Origin: Piromyces finnis finn
Lineage: Eukaryota; Fungi; Neocallimastigomycota
Reading direction: 5' to 3'
NCBI GenBank assembly: GCA_002104945.1
Contig: MCFH01000067.1
Location: 186,001-250,000, forward strand
DNA length: 64,000 nt
This document shows, piece after piece, positions 30,972 to 45,202 of the stretch. The notes under the pieces were generated by a model, which had not been told where the DNA came from, made no database searches, and saw only the letters and a program-made list of their open reading frames with translations. The first letter of the stretch is position 1, and the number at the start of each line of letters is the position of its first letter. Made by a program: the position numbers and the translations under genes.

Positions 30972-32619
30972 ATATATTTATAATGAATTTAAATATTAAA
31001 CCAAAAAATATTATACATTAATGAATTTGTAAAAAAAAATTATTCTTGTATTTTTTTTAATTGTTTAAAGATAAAGATAAAAACCATAGTATAATGAAAA
31101 ATATATTATAATACAAAAAAAAAGAAAGGATAGTTTTAAACTTATTTATAATGTAAATAGTGATGTATTATAATATTATTTTAAGAAAAAATACTACAAA
31201 ATGTATATATATGTAATCAATTGAATTTATATTTTATATATAAATTTAAAGATTATTATATTATTTTACTAACAAAATTGTTGTATTTTTAATTCTTGAA
31301 AAGGAAAAAAAATTAAAAAAAATAAAAGAATATTTATGTATAAAAAAATAAAAGTTTTATATATTGAAAAATTATTAAATTTTTATTTTTTTTTAAAAAA
31401 AATATTAATTCAAAAGGTAAAACTAAGAAAATGTTTTTAGTTTATAGTTATTATATATTTAATATTTTTACTTAGAAAATTAAGATTGGAAATGAAAATG
31501 AAAGGATTTATTATTATTTATTTTCAAATATTTTTAAATTATTTTTCAATTTATGTCCTAAGGGATTACTCTTTAAATTATAATTATTGCTTTAAAAGAA
31601 CTTTTATTGATTATTTTTAACATTATAATTATTTACAAAATATAAAGTTTATTCTTATTACTTTCTTTTTTTATTAGAATATATTAAATAAAAAAAGTAG
31701 ATTTTCTGTTATCAATAAGTTTTCTCATGTTTCTTCTATTATAAAATTTATAATTACTTTTTTTTTATATTTCCTTTTTTTTATTTTTTTTTTATTTCAT
31801 TTTTTTATTTTATAAAAATAAATATTATATTTTTTTTTATTATTTTATTTTTTTATTTTATAAAATTTATTATTCGGAAAGAGATCCGCTTATATAAATT
31901 TTAATAAAAAATATTGGAAACAAAAAAAAAAGAAAAAAAAATTTTTTTTTGTTTCCAATATTAAAAAATTTTTTTTCGGTAAAATAATTATTATTATTAT
32001 TTTTTTTTTTTTAATTTTAATGTATAAATTGAAAAATCAAATTTTTATTTGCATTTTTTATGGTTTCTAAAAAAAAAAAGAAAGAAAGAATAAAGCAATA
32101 ATAAAAAAGAAATAAAATAATTCTAATTCTTTTTATCAATTTATTGTTATTGAAATATTCAAATAATCAAAAATAATCTTTTTAATAAAAACAAATAAAT
32201 TTATTATTACTAATTAATTATTATTATTTTAAAATAATTGATTGTTTGTTTGTTGGTTTTTTTTTTCATATTAAATTAAATGCTGATGAATTTTGAATAT
32301 TAAACATACTTCTAACTTTAGTTTTTTCTTTTCTTTTAATTGTAATTTCACCATAATAATTTTTTTTGTAGTTTTTATGGTGGGTGGGTTAAAAGTTTTT
32401 TATTTTCCTTTTTTTTAAGTATATTTTTTAATAAAATGAAAATTTTTGAAAAATATAAATTTTACATGAGATTTTGAAAATTTTAAAAAGTCATAAAACA
32501 ATAAAATAATTATTAGTTTAATAATAAATATTTTATTTAAAACCCATTTTGTATAATAGTGTATATATTTAAAATCATTATTTATTGTAGAATAGAAAAA
32601 ATCAACAAAATAGAAAAAA

Positions 32620-35600
32620 ATGCTTGGCAAGAATATTTTAAGGTTTCTAAAATCATCATTCTTATTATGACTATGAAAATGAATAGTTTATTCATAAACT
32701 AATGATATATATAATATTTTATAATTATTCACTGAAAAAACATAAAAACTAACATGTATATTTACATATATATTTAAAAAATATAAATTTAAAAAATATA
32801 TTTTTTACAGTATCATTGGTTTATTATTTGTTGGTCGTACCTTAGCACAACAAAGTAAATATAAGAAATATTAATAAGAATTAATATACCAAAAAAAAAT
32901 AATAAAAAACTAAAATGGTTTATTTTTTGAATTTATAATTTAATAAATAAAGGTAATGCTTTACCAGCATGTGAAGATATTTCAAGTCGTCAAGAGAGAA
33001 GAAGAGCATTTAATAGTGACAATTGTAATAGTGCTGGTAAAACTGTATCATACTGTATAGATTCAGGTAAAATATACGACGTAACTTCTTTAGAAAATTT
33101 TGCATGTAAATCATCACAATTTACTGGAGGTGTTCATGTTTTCATGAATGGAGGAGATGTTGGAATAAGTGAAATTAATTTAACTGGTGAAAATTCAAAT
33201 CCAATTGGAGAAGGAAATGATGAAAAATTATCTATGTATCTTTGTGATAATAAAAGTGTTTGTAAACAAACTGAAGGTTATATTAAAGTAAGTTATGGTA
33301 CTGAAGAACAAAATAAAAAAGAAGACTATTACGAAATTAAATTGAATTCCAGTAAAAAAGCAGAAAAAGTTACTGATAAATGTGATGGAAACAATAGAAT
33401 TGGTTTACAATCTTCTACTTATGGTGTTTGTTTATCTGTAAAAGGTGAAAGTGTTGAATTTGGTGCAGAACAAAATTATATCTTAGATGGTACATTAGCT
33501 AGTGATTCAATCTTTAAATCTGTTGCTAATAATAAAGATGGTATTGTTTTAACTCGTGATGTAAGCAAAATTTATTTCAATAATATTTATACTGGTAAGT
33601 ATTCACAATTAATATAAAATTAAAAAAAATATATATATAAAGATATTTAATTTAATTTAATCAAAATAATTAATCATCATTAAAAAATAATATTTATTCA
33701 TAAAAATAAATAGATGAAGAATTTTGTCAATATCAAGATAAGAAAATAATCAAAAGAAAAGAACAATTTGTTAGTGGTACCATTTTAAATACCTTATACG
33801 ATTGTGCAGATGGTGTTTGTGATATATCTAAAGTTCCTGAAAATGTTGGTTAGTATTTAAATATATATTAGATTAAAATTTATTATAATAAAAAGCAATT
33901 TTCAAAGAGTACAATATTAATTGAAAAATAAATATTTTATTAATAATGGTAATTAGAAAATGGAAATTATTTAGTAGATGGTATAATTTATAATCGTTCA
34001 GGTGCTGAAATTGAAAAACTAACTGAATCAGGAATTTTTGCATTCAAACAAAATGATAATGATGATATTACTTATAGTAATTTATTAAGATCATTTGATT
34101 CATTAAGTAAAGATGATCTTGGTTCAGTTTATCTTTATGATTGTGTTAATGGAGTATGTACCCGTACCTCTGGTTTTATAAAATATGGTACAAGTACTAA
34201 TGGATCAATAGCTTTAGCCGAATGTACTAAAGAAAGTGGATGTAAAACTTTAGATTCTGTAGATTGTACATCTGGAACTGAAGATGGTAAAATTAATTTG
34301 GATGGAAATAATAACATGAATCTTTGTGTTTTAGGATTATTATCTTCCTCAACTTATAATCTTATTGGTACTACAATGTATGAAACTAATTCAGACAAGA
34401 GTATTATTGGAGCAAAACAAAGTAAACTATGATATAAATATTTTTTTTTATTATTAAAAAATTTGTAAAAATATTATTTATTGAAATATTAATTAATACC
34501 AATTTTAATTTTTGTTATTTTAAATTTTTAATATGAAAATAATTTTTTTATAGCTGGTAGTTTCTTTAAGGAAGGTGAACTTAAAGTTTGTACTTCTGGT
34601 GTTTGTCAAAAACTAGAAGGTGCCGCTGGTTATTACTTAAATTCTTATACAAATAATGAAGATGAAAGAAAAAAATTAATTTCCTGTACTAATGGTAGTT
34701 GTGAACTCAATGATCCAAAGAATGGTTACTACATCAACAAAGATAGTACTAATTCTAAAACGGCAATTCTTTGTGATGCTACTCTTGATGGAGTTAGTTG
34801 TAAAGAAACTGTTCTTGCTACTAGTTGTACTAATAATGCCAATAAACTTGTTTACGATAATAATTTCAAATATTGTGATGGTAATAATGTTAAAAGCATT
34901 CCAGGTGATTCTTCAACTGTTAATCTTTATGAAGTTAGTGATGTTAAAGAATCAGGAATTAATTATCCAATAGATTTCATTCAATCATCTTCAGGAAATA
35001 AGATGGTTATTCAAGTTAATCAATATTCAGTAACTCAATATATTAATGATGATCGTAAATATTAAATATAAGAAAAAATAATATAATTTATTATTGTATT
35101 ATTTATTAATATTTAAAAATTTTATTAAATATTATTTTTGTTTTTTAGTATTCTGTATTAACGGCGATGTAAAGAAAAATGAATGTGTAAATGGAGATAC
35201 CGGGATTAAATGTGATGATGCTAAAAAAAGTTGTAAAATCTTTATTGTTGGAGCATGTGATCTTAAAGATATAAATGAAAACTGTAATTTTATATTAATT
35301 ATTTTATTATAAATTATATAAAAATTAAATTAACTAATTTATAAAAAAAATATGATTAAAATAATAGGTGATGGATACTATGTTAATGAAAGTAATAAAT
35401 TACAAATGTGTGCTGTTGATAATGCAGAAAATAAAATTAACTGTAATGATGTTACTAAAATTGGTTACTTCAAAAACGATAGAGCTAAAACCTACATTAA
35501 ATGTATTACTGATGGATCACAAACACAAACAATTAAATGTGAAGAACTTGAACAATTAGGAAGTACTTGTAGTAGTGTTGGTGACTTAATTAAAGATGAA

Positions 35601-36060
35601 AGTGATAATGTAAAACTTTGTGTTGAAAGTAATAATGGTAATGCTATTACTATATTCACAAATGAAGATTCCAAAAAATACTTTATCAAGGCATCTGGAT
35701 TAAATTCTAGTATTACTGATGAACAAAAAAAGCATTACATAGTTAATGTCGCTGAAAATGAAGTTTTAACTGAAACTGCTGATTCTGGTAATTAAATAAT
35801 ATTTTTAAAATGAATAATAAAACTTTTTATAAAGATGATATAAAAAAAAAACTAATTCAATGAAAATTTTATTATTATTATTATTATATTTTTTTTTTAA
35901 AAAAATAGAATACAAGAAATATAAATATATAAAAAGTACTGGTACTCCAGCTATTTTAGTTAAGGGTGAACAAAAAGGTATTACTACAGGTGAATTAGTT
36001 GAATTTACTAAAAGTAAAGATAATGATAATACTTATGAAAAAGAAAATATTTCTCAATAA
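32620..36060 (+). CDS. Secreted scaffoldin-like protein, copy 3 (9 exons)
   Basis: Same structure; exons 7-8 are identical in translation to copy 1 (ORFs 35094/35352 equal 24927/25185). Confidence 0.85.
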
Positions 36061-37777
36061 ATATATTTATAATGAATTTAAATATTAAACCAAAAAATAT
36101 TATACATTAATGAATTTGTAAAAAAAAATTATTCTTGTATTTTTTTTAATTGTTTAAAGATAAAGATAAAAATTATATTATTATATAATTAGTTTAAAGA
36201 AAAAAAATATATTATAATACAAAAAAAAGAAAGGATAGTTTTAAAATTATTTATAATGTAAATAGTGATGTATTATAATATTATTTTAAAAAAAAATACT
36301 ATAAATAATAATATATATATATATAATCAATCGAATTTATATTTTATATATAAATTTAAAGATTATTATATTATTCTACTAACAAAATTATTGTATTTTT
36401 AATTCTTGAAAAGGAGAAAAACATTAAAAAAAATAAAAGAATATTTATGTATAAAAAAATAGAAATTTTATATATTTAAAAATTATTAAATTTTTATTTT
36501 TATTTTTTAAGAAAAATGTTAATTCAAAAGGTAAAACTAAGAAAATGTTTTTAGTTTTTAGTTATTATATATTTAATATTTTTACTTAAAAAATTAAGAT
36601 TGGAAATGAAAATGAAAGGATTTATTATTATTTATTTTCAAATATTTTTAAATTATTTTTCAATAATGGCCTAGGGATTACTCTTTAAATTATAATTATT
36701 GCTTTAAAAGAACTTTTATTGATTATTTTTCACATTATAATTATTTACAAAATATAAAGTTTATTCTTATTACTTTCTTTTTTTATTAAAATATATTAAA
36801 TAAAAAAAGTAGATTTTCTGTTATCAATAAGTTTTCTCATGTTTCTTCTTTTATTATAAAATTTGTAATTACTTTTTTTTTATTTATTTATTTTTTTTTT
36901 TATTTTTTTATTATTTTATTTTTTTATTTTATAAAAATAAATATTATATTTTTTTTATTATTTTATTTTTTTATTTTATAAAAATAAATATTATATTTTT
37001 TTTATTATTATATTATTTTTTTATTTTATAAAATTATTATTCGGAAATAGATCCGCTTCTATTAATTTTAATAAAAAATATTGGAAACAAAAAAAAAGAA
37101 AAAAAAATTTTTTGTTTCCAATATTAAAAAATTTTTTTTTGGTAAAATAATTATTATTTTTTTTTTTTTTAATTTTAATGGATAAATTGAAAAATCAAAT
37201 TTTTATTTGCATTTTTTATGGTTTCTAAAAAAAAAAAAAAAAGAAAGAATAAAGCAATAATAAAAAAGAAATAAAATAATTCTAATTCTTTTTATCAATT
37301 TATTGTTATTGAAATATTCAAATAATCAAAAATAATCTTTTTAATAAAAACAAATAAATTTATTATTACTAATTAATTATTATTATTTTAAAATAATTGA
37401 TTGTTTGTTTCATTTTTTTTTTTCAAATTAAAATAAATGCTGATGAATTTTGAATATTAAACATACTTCTAACTTTAGTTTTTTCTTTTCTTTTAATTGT
37501 AATTTCACCATAATAATTTTTTTTTGTAGTTTTTATGGTGGGTGGGTTAAAAGTTTTTTATTTTCCTTTTTTTTAAGTATATTTTTTAATAAAATGAAAA
37601 TTTTTGAAAAATATAAATTTTGCATGAGATTTTGAAAATTTTAAAAAGTCATAAAACAATAAAATAATTATTAGTTTAATAATAAATATTTTATTTAAAA
37701 CCCATTTTGTATAATAGTGTATATATTTAGAATCATTATTTATTGTAGAATAGAAAAAATCAACAAAATAGAAAAAA

Positions 37778-40700
37778 ATGCTTGGCAAGAATATTTTAAG
37801 GTTTCTAAAATCTTCATTCTTATTATGACTATGAAAATGAATAGTTTATTCATAAACTAATGATATATATAATATTTTATAATTATTCACTGAAAAAACA
37901 TAAAAACTAACATGTATATTTACATATATATTTAAAAAATATAAATTTAAAAAATATATTTTTTACAGTATCATTGGTTTATTATTTGTTGGTCGTACCT
38001 TAGCACAACAAAGTAAATATAAGAAATATCAATAAAAATTAATATATATTAAAAAAAAATATTAAAAAACTAAAAATAATTTATTTTTTGAATTTATAAT
38101 TTAATAAATAAAGCTAATTCTTTACCAGAATGTGAAGGTGTTTCAGGTGGTATGGAAAGAAAAAGAGAATTTAATAGTGCAAATTGTAAAGATACAGGTG
38201 ATACTGTATCATACTGCATAGATTCAGAAACAAATAAAATGTATGAAGTAACTAATTTAAGTACACATGCTTGTAAAGCATCAACATTATCTGAAGGTGT
38301 TCATGTTTTCATGAATAAAGGAGAAAGTGGAATAAGTGAAATTAATTTAACTGGTGGAAATTCAAATCCAATTGGAGAAGGAAATAAAGAAAAATTATCT
38401 ATGTATCTTTGTGATAAAGATAATGTTTGTAAACAAACTGAAGGTTATATTAAAGTAAGTTATGGTACTGACGGTAGTGATAGTGAAGAATATTACAAAA
38501 TTGGATTAGATTCCAGTAGTGAAGCGGGAAATGGTGATGAATGTGATGGTGATACTAACATTGGTCTACAATCCACTGGCCATGGTGTTTGTTTATCTGT
38601 AAAAGGTGAAAGTGTTGAATTTGGTGCAGAACAAAATTATATCTTAGATGGTACAATAGCTAGTGGTTCAATCTTTAAATCTGTTGCTAATAGTAAAGAT
38701 GGTATTGTTTTAACTCGTGATGTAAGCAAAATTTATTTCAATAATATTTATACTGGTAAGTATTCACAATTAATATAAAATTAAAAAAAAAACTATATAT
38801 AATGATATTTAATTTTATTTAATCAAAATAATTAATCATCATTAAAAAATAATATTTATTCATAAAAATAAATAGATGAAGAATTTTGTAAATATGAAGA
38901 TAAGAAAATAATCAAAAGAAAAGAACAATTTGTTAGTGGTACCATTTTAAATACCTTATACGATTGTGAATATGGTGCTTGTGATATATCTAAAGTTCCT
39001 GAAAATGTTGGTTAGTATTTAAATATATGTTAGATTAAATTATATTATAATAAAAAGCAATTTTCAAAGAGTACAATATTAATTGAAAAATAAATATTTT
39101 ATTATTAATGGTAATTAGAGGATGGAGAATATTTAGTAGATGGTAAAATATTTAAACGTGAGGGTGCTGAAATTAAAGAAAAAATTGTTACAGGAATTTT
39201 TGCCTCCAAACAAAGTGATCCAAATGATATTACTTATGAGAATTTATTAAGTTCAGGTGATATTGGTGAATTAACTTCAAATAATCTTGGTTCAGTTTAT
39301 CTTTATGATTGTGTTAATGGAGTATGTACCCGTACCTCTGGTTTTATAAAATATGGTAGTACAGCAGCTTTAGCCGAATGTACTAAAGAAAATGAATGTA
39401 AAACTTTAGAATCTGTAGATTGTACAGAAGAAACTGAAGATGGTAAAATTAATTTAGATAATGGTAATATGAAACTTTGTGTTTCAGAATCATTATCTTC
39501 CTCAACTTATAATCTTATTGGTAATACAATGTATGAAACTAATTCAAACAAGAATATTATTGGAGCAAAACAAAGTAAACTATGATATAAATATTTTTTT
39601 TTATTATTAAAAAATTTGTAAAAATATTATTTATTGAAATATTAATTAATACCAATTTTAATTTTTGTTATTTTAAATTTTTAATATGAAAATAATTTTT
39701 TATAGCTGGTAATTTCCTTTCTGGAAATAATCTTATAGTTTGTACAGATGGAAAATGTGAAAGTCCAGGCAATGCTGCTGGTTATTACTTAAATTCTAAT
39801 TCAGAAGAAATTACAGCTGGAACGAAATTAATTTCCTGTATTGATGTTAATAATTGTAAACTCATTGAACAAAAGAATGGTTACTACATTAACGAAAGTT
39901 CTAATGCTAATGCAATTATTTGTGATGCTACTGCTGATGGAGTTAGTTGTAAAGAAAATGTTCTTGCTACTAGTTGTAATGATAATGCCAATAAACTTGT
40001 TTACGATGGCAATAGTTTCAAATATTGTGAAGATAGTGAAAATCTTAAAGAAATGCCAACTGCTGAAAATGTTAATCTTTATGAAGTTAGTGATGTTAAA
40101 GCATCAGGAATTAATTATCCAACAGATTTCATTGAATCATCTTCAGGAAATAAGATGGTTATTCAAGTTGATCAATATTCAGTCACTCAATATGTTGATG
40201 CAAGTCGTAAATATCAAATTTAAAAAAAATAATATAATTTATTATTGTACTATTTATTAATATTTAAAAATTTTATTAAATATTATTTTTGTTTTTTAGC
40301 ATTCTGTATTGATGATAAAAGCAAAGTAATAAAAGAAAAATGTATTGATGGTGATATTAAGTATACATGTAATACTGTTAATAGTAAATGTGATACCATT
40401 GAAGTTGGAAAATGTGTCATTAATGAATCAAATGAAAATTGTAATTATATATTTAATTATTTTATTATTAATTTTGTATAAATATATGAATTATTTAAAA
40501 ATTAATATATCTAATTTATAAAAAATATGATTAAAATAATAGGTGATGGATACTATGTTAAAAATGATGGTGAATTATATAATTGTGATGGTAAAGGTAC
40601 TTGTAATAAAGAAACTAAAATTGGTTACTTCAGAAACATGGAAACCTACATTAAATGTACTAATGATGGATCTAAAATTACATGTGCCAATGCTGAAAAT

Positions 40701-41209
40701 GTAGATGTTAATAGTTTAGATGAAAATAAGTGTGATATTGGCAAATTAATTATTGGAGATACTATTAAACTTTGTGTTGATAATGTAAAAGAAAATGCTA
40801 TTACTATATTCACAAATGAAGATTCCAAAAAATACTTTATCAAGGCATCTGGATTAAATAGTAAAGATAGTATTGTTTCTTCACAAAAGCATTACATAGT
40901 TAATGTCGCTGAAAATGAAGTTTTAACTGAAACCGTTACTGGTAATTAAATAATATTTTTAAAATGAATAATAAAACTTTTTATAAAGATGATATATAAA
41001 AAAAAAAACTAATTCAATGAAAATTTTATTATTATATTTTATTTTAAAAAAAAATAGATTACAAGAAATATAAATATATAAAAAGTACTGGTACTCCAGC
41101 TATTTTAGTTAAGGGTGAAGGAAGTATTACTGCAGCTGAATTAGTTGAATTTACTAAAAGTAAAGATAATGATAATACTTATGAAAAGGAAGTTATTGGT
41201 TCTGCATAA
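37778..41209 (+). CDS. Secreted scaffoldin-like protein, copy 4 (9 exons; most divergent exon 7)
   Basis: Same structure; ends ...YEKEVIGSA*. Confidence 0.85.
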
Positions 41210-41922
41210 ATATATTTATAATGAATTTAAATATTAAACCAAAAAATATTATACATTAATGAATTTGTAAAAAAAATTATTCTTGTATTTTTTTTTAATT
41301 GTTTAAAGATAAAGATAAAAATTATATTATTATATAATTAGTTTAAAGAAAAAAAATATATTATAATACAAAAAAAAAGAAAGGATAGTTTTAAACTTAT
41401 TTATAATGTAAATAGTGATGTATTATAATATAATTTTAAGAAAAAATACTATAAATAATAATATATATATATATAATCAATCGAATTTATATTTTATATA
41501 TAAATTTAAAGATTATTATATTATTCTATTAACAAAATTGTTGTATTTTTAATTCTTGGAAAGGAGAAAAACATTAAAAAAAATAAAAGAATATTTATGT
41601 ATATAAAAATAGAAGTTTTATATATTTAAAAAAATTAAGATAGGAAATGAAAATGAAAGGATTTGTTATTATTTATTTTTAAATATTTTTAAATCGTTTT
41701 TCAATTATGGACTAGGGATTACTCTTTAAATTATAATTATTGCTTTAAAAGCACATTTTATTTATTATTTTTCAAATTATTATTATTTAAAAAAAATATA
41801 AAATTTATTTTTATTACTTTATTTTTTTATTAAAATATATTAAAAAAAGTAGATTTTCTGTTATCAATAAGTTTTCTCATGTTTCTTCTATTATTATAAA
41901 ATTTATATTTATTTTTTTTTAT

Positions 41923-42252
41923 ACATTATGAGCTAATGGGAGAGTTTAGTGGACACCACACTATCCTACCTGATGTTACTTCTTTTTTTTATTTCATTTA
42001 ATTTATTAGGTAGTGACCAATCCCACACAGCACAAATTGCAGAGTTCATTGAACTTTTATGCAACTTAAATAATTATTTTATATTATTTTTTATTTATAT
42101 TTTTATTTATATATATTTTATTATTTTTATTTATTATTTATTATATCAATATCAATATGTATTATCACCTAATATTATGTAATATCACTAATTAAATAAA
42201 AAAATAAAAGATGTGTATTCTCTTCCTAGTCTAAAAAAAAAAAAAAAAAAAA
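41923..42252 (+). mobile_element. 5'-truncated LINE (family A) 3' end with 20-nt poly(A), inserted in the spacer after copy 4
   Basis: Colinear with 52263-52560 (acattatgagct.atgg.agagtttagtggacacca...gtgtattctcttcctagtct), followed by a poly(A) run; absent from the other spacers. Confidence 0.85.
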
Positions 42253-42369
42253 GCTTTCTTTTTATATTTATCTTTTTTTATTTTTTTTTTTTATTTTTTT
42301 ATTTTATAAAATTTATTATTCGGAAAGAGATCCGCTTATATAAATTTTAATAAAAAATATTTAAGAAAG

Positions 42370-43130
42370 TTTTTTACCATCATTGGAAGGGTTACTGGAT
42401 AGTTCAGATTGTAATAATAACTTGTATCGTACTGTATAGATTTAAATAAAATTTATAAAGCAACTAATTCAGACTCATTTGAATGTAAAGTATCACCATA
42501 ATATTCATATTTTCCTGGATAAAGAAAATAATGAAATAAATAAATTTAATTTAAAAAAAAAGATATAGGATTAAATCCTGTTGAAGATAGTAATTCGGAA
42601 ACATTAACCATGTATCTTTGTAAGGAAAATATTATTTTTAAACAAAGTAAGGATTATATTAAAGTTAACTTATAGTGAAGGTGATAAAAGTGGTGAATAA
42701 TTTTTTGAAATTAATTCATATTCCAATAATAAGCAGAAACAAGTTGATGGAAAAGATAGAATTGGTTTACTATCCCCTGGTCATGGTGTTTGTAAAAGGC
42801 AAAAGTGTTGAATTTACTTCCAAAAAAAAGAAAGTTATCTTTTAGATGGTACATTAGATACAGGTTCAATCTTTTTTTCTATTACTCATAGAAGAAATGG
42901 TATTGTTTTACCTTGTGATGTAAGCACAATTTATTTCAATACTATTTATTCTGGCAATTATTTACTATTCATATAAAATTAGAAATGAATATTTAATTTT
43001 ATTTAATTAATGCAATTAATCATCATTAAAAAAGCAATATTTATTTCAAAAATAAATAGATGAGGAATTTTGTGACTACCAAGAAAAGAATATAATTTCA
43101 AAAAAAAAAGTCCAATTTAGTAAAAGTAAA
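42370..43130 (+). pseudogene. Broken fifth array copy (remnants of exon 3, intron 3, exon 4 start)
   Basis: Homologous segments tcgtactgtatagat, ccatgtatctttgtaag, gatagaattggtttac, ggtattgttttaccttgtgatgtaagc and aaatagatgaggaattttgtgac carry stops and frameshifts; exons 1-2 are missing. Confidence 0.8.
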
Positions 43131-43194
43131 TGAAATGGAAAAAAAAAAGTATCGTTTGTTCCATGACATTTGATTACTTTTATTTTAAAGTTGT

Positions 43195-43450
43195 TTTGTA
43201 AACCTCATTATTTGGACTATAATATACAACTTTGAAATCTAGTTCATTGAGTAGCCCATACAATCTGACATCTTTTAAAATACTTGGATCATTAAAATTA
43301 ATATATTACTCTTTTCAATATAATTTTTAAATCCAACTATTTATCCCTTCCTCCTATTCACTATTCACTATTCAGTATATATTTCTAGTCTCTTTCATAT
43401 CTGGAGATTTCATAAGTCTATTGATTATATTTGAATTGTATTCCTCTTTT
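43195..43450 (-). pseudogene. Short degenerate coding-like fragment, unidentified
   Basis: Minus strand reads MVEEEEK..NSNIINRLMKSPDMKETRNIY*...INFNDPSILKDVRLYGLLNELDFKVVYYSPNNEVYKTTLK*, with internal stops. Confidence 0.25.
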
Positions 43451-43702
43451 TTTCTTCCTCTTCAACCATATTAGTTGTCTCATTTTATTTAAATATTTCT
43501 GTTAATAAATTGTGATAATATATATAGAAATACGAAAGGTTTTCTCTATCTTTTAAAGTAATACTATTAATAAATAGTAAAACAGTATAATTTACACATT
43601 AACATATAAAATATTATAAATCTATATATAATTATACATACTTTAAAAAACATGTTTTTTTTTTATTTTTATAGATTGATTCTGTGGTTAATTTTAAGGT
43701 TT

Positions 43703-43810
43703 ATTTTTTTTTCTTTTTTTAACTTCCAAATGCATTTCTTCCATCAATCAGAGTAAGCCCTCAATGGTGGTTTTTAGAGAAACGTTGACTTTTTCCTATA
43801 TTGCTCGGTG
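43703..43810 (-). mobile_element. Second, diverged and 5'-truncated copy of family B poly(A)-tailed repeat
   Basis: Reverse complement reads ccgagcaatataggaaaaagtcaacgtttctctaaaaaccaccattgagggcttactctgattgatgg...ggaagttaaaaaaa, colinear with 15836-15935. Confidence 0.6.
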
Positions 43811-44984
43811 TTAAAATTCTTACCAAATAACAATCGGGTGAAACCATTTTATCCTATAAAAAGTAAATATCAATTACATTTTTAATTGAAAGTTAAAAGG
43901 GATTGTTGCTGTTGTTGTTGCTGGTGCTGTTGCTATTGTTTTAATCTTAAAATTAGAAAATTGTAATTATGGAAAACTCTTTTTTTTTTTTAAAAAAAAA
44001 ATATTTTACAATTTTTTCATTGAAATAGAATCCATTCAGTGAATTCACCGGCGTAAATTGCTTTTTCTATGTTAAAATTATCATTACAAATACCGAATGA
44101 ACTATTCCAAAAAAAGAAAAGTTTTATTCACTATTTCTATATATTCTTTTACCTTAGAAAGAAAGGAAGGAAATGACAATGAAAGAATAAAAAAAAACCT
44201 ACAAATACACCAATCTATCTACCTTTTTTTTAACAACAAAACAAAACAAAAAAAGGCTTCATCTTAATATTCTCATTTTAAATAGGCAAGGATCATGATG
44301 ATGATGATGATGATGAAAATGGTAAAAGGCCTATTTTTATCTTTTCATGTTGTAATACTTTTTTATTTATTTCAAAGAAAAAAAGTATCTTTTTTTTTAT
44401 TTATTTTAAAAGTAGACTTTCTTTAAGGATAATAGATTTCATTTCATTTTTATAATTGTTGTTTTTCATTGAGAAGAAGCATTATTTTGAATGTTTTTTT
44501 TTAACAATAAAATTTAGTATTATTAATAGAAACGAATAAAAAAAAAGGAAAAAAAGGTCTCTTTTTCCCTTTTATTAAGCATAAATTCAATTTCTTTTCT
44601 AGGAAAAAGAAAAAGAAAAAGTTTAAACCTTTGTTATACACACATCTTTAAAAAAAAAAAATAGGAATGTGTGCTAGTTAATTTTAAAGTAATTTTCAAA
44701 TCACAATGAAATTCCTGATGAAGGTAAAGTTAAATAAAACATTGTCGGGAAGTACAAAGGTATCGTTATAAGTGTTGCATCGATCCTTCTTACTACGGAT
44801 GATACTGAAGCATCGTTTAAAGCCATAACATGAATTAGAATGGCCGTAAATATAAAAGACATTCAGATCAACTTTTAAATAGCGTAAAAAAAGCAAAATA
44901 CTTTGAATGCGATTAAAAAAAAGTGGAAGAAACCTTAAAGTCTTGATGCTTTTCAATTTCAAACTTTTTTACTTCTAAACCATC

Positions 44985-45038
44985 CATCCATTCATCCATC
45001 TTTTGTGGTTAAATCCATCCCATCCATCCATCCATCAA

Positions 45039-45093
<55 letters not shown>

Positions 45094-45170
45094 GTAAATA
45101 AATAAGTAAATAAGTAAATAAATAAATAAGTAAATAAATAAATAAATAAGTAAATAAATAAATAAATAAG

Positions 45171-45201
<31 letters not shown>

Positions 45202-45202
45202 A
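44985..45202 (+). repeat. Compound microsatellite (CCAT)n followed by (AAAT/AAGT)n
   Basis: Direct inspection. Confidence 0.9.

Larger units (their letters stand above)
21400..43130 (+). repeat. Tandem segmental array, unit about 5.1 kb, four complete units plus a partial fifth
   Basis: Start codons at 22473, 27550, 32620 and 37778 (spacing 5077, 5070, 5158). Spacers and introns are near-identical between units. Confidence 0.95.
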
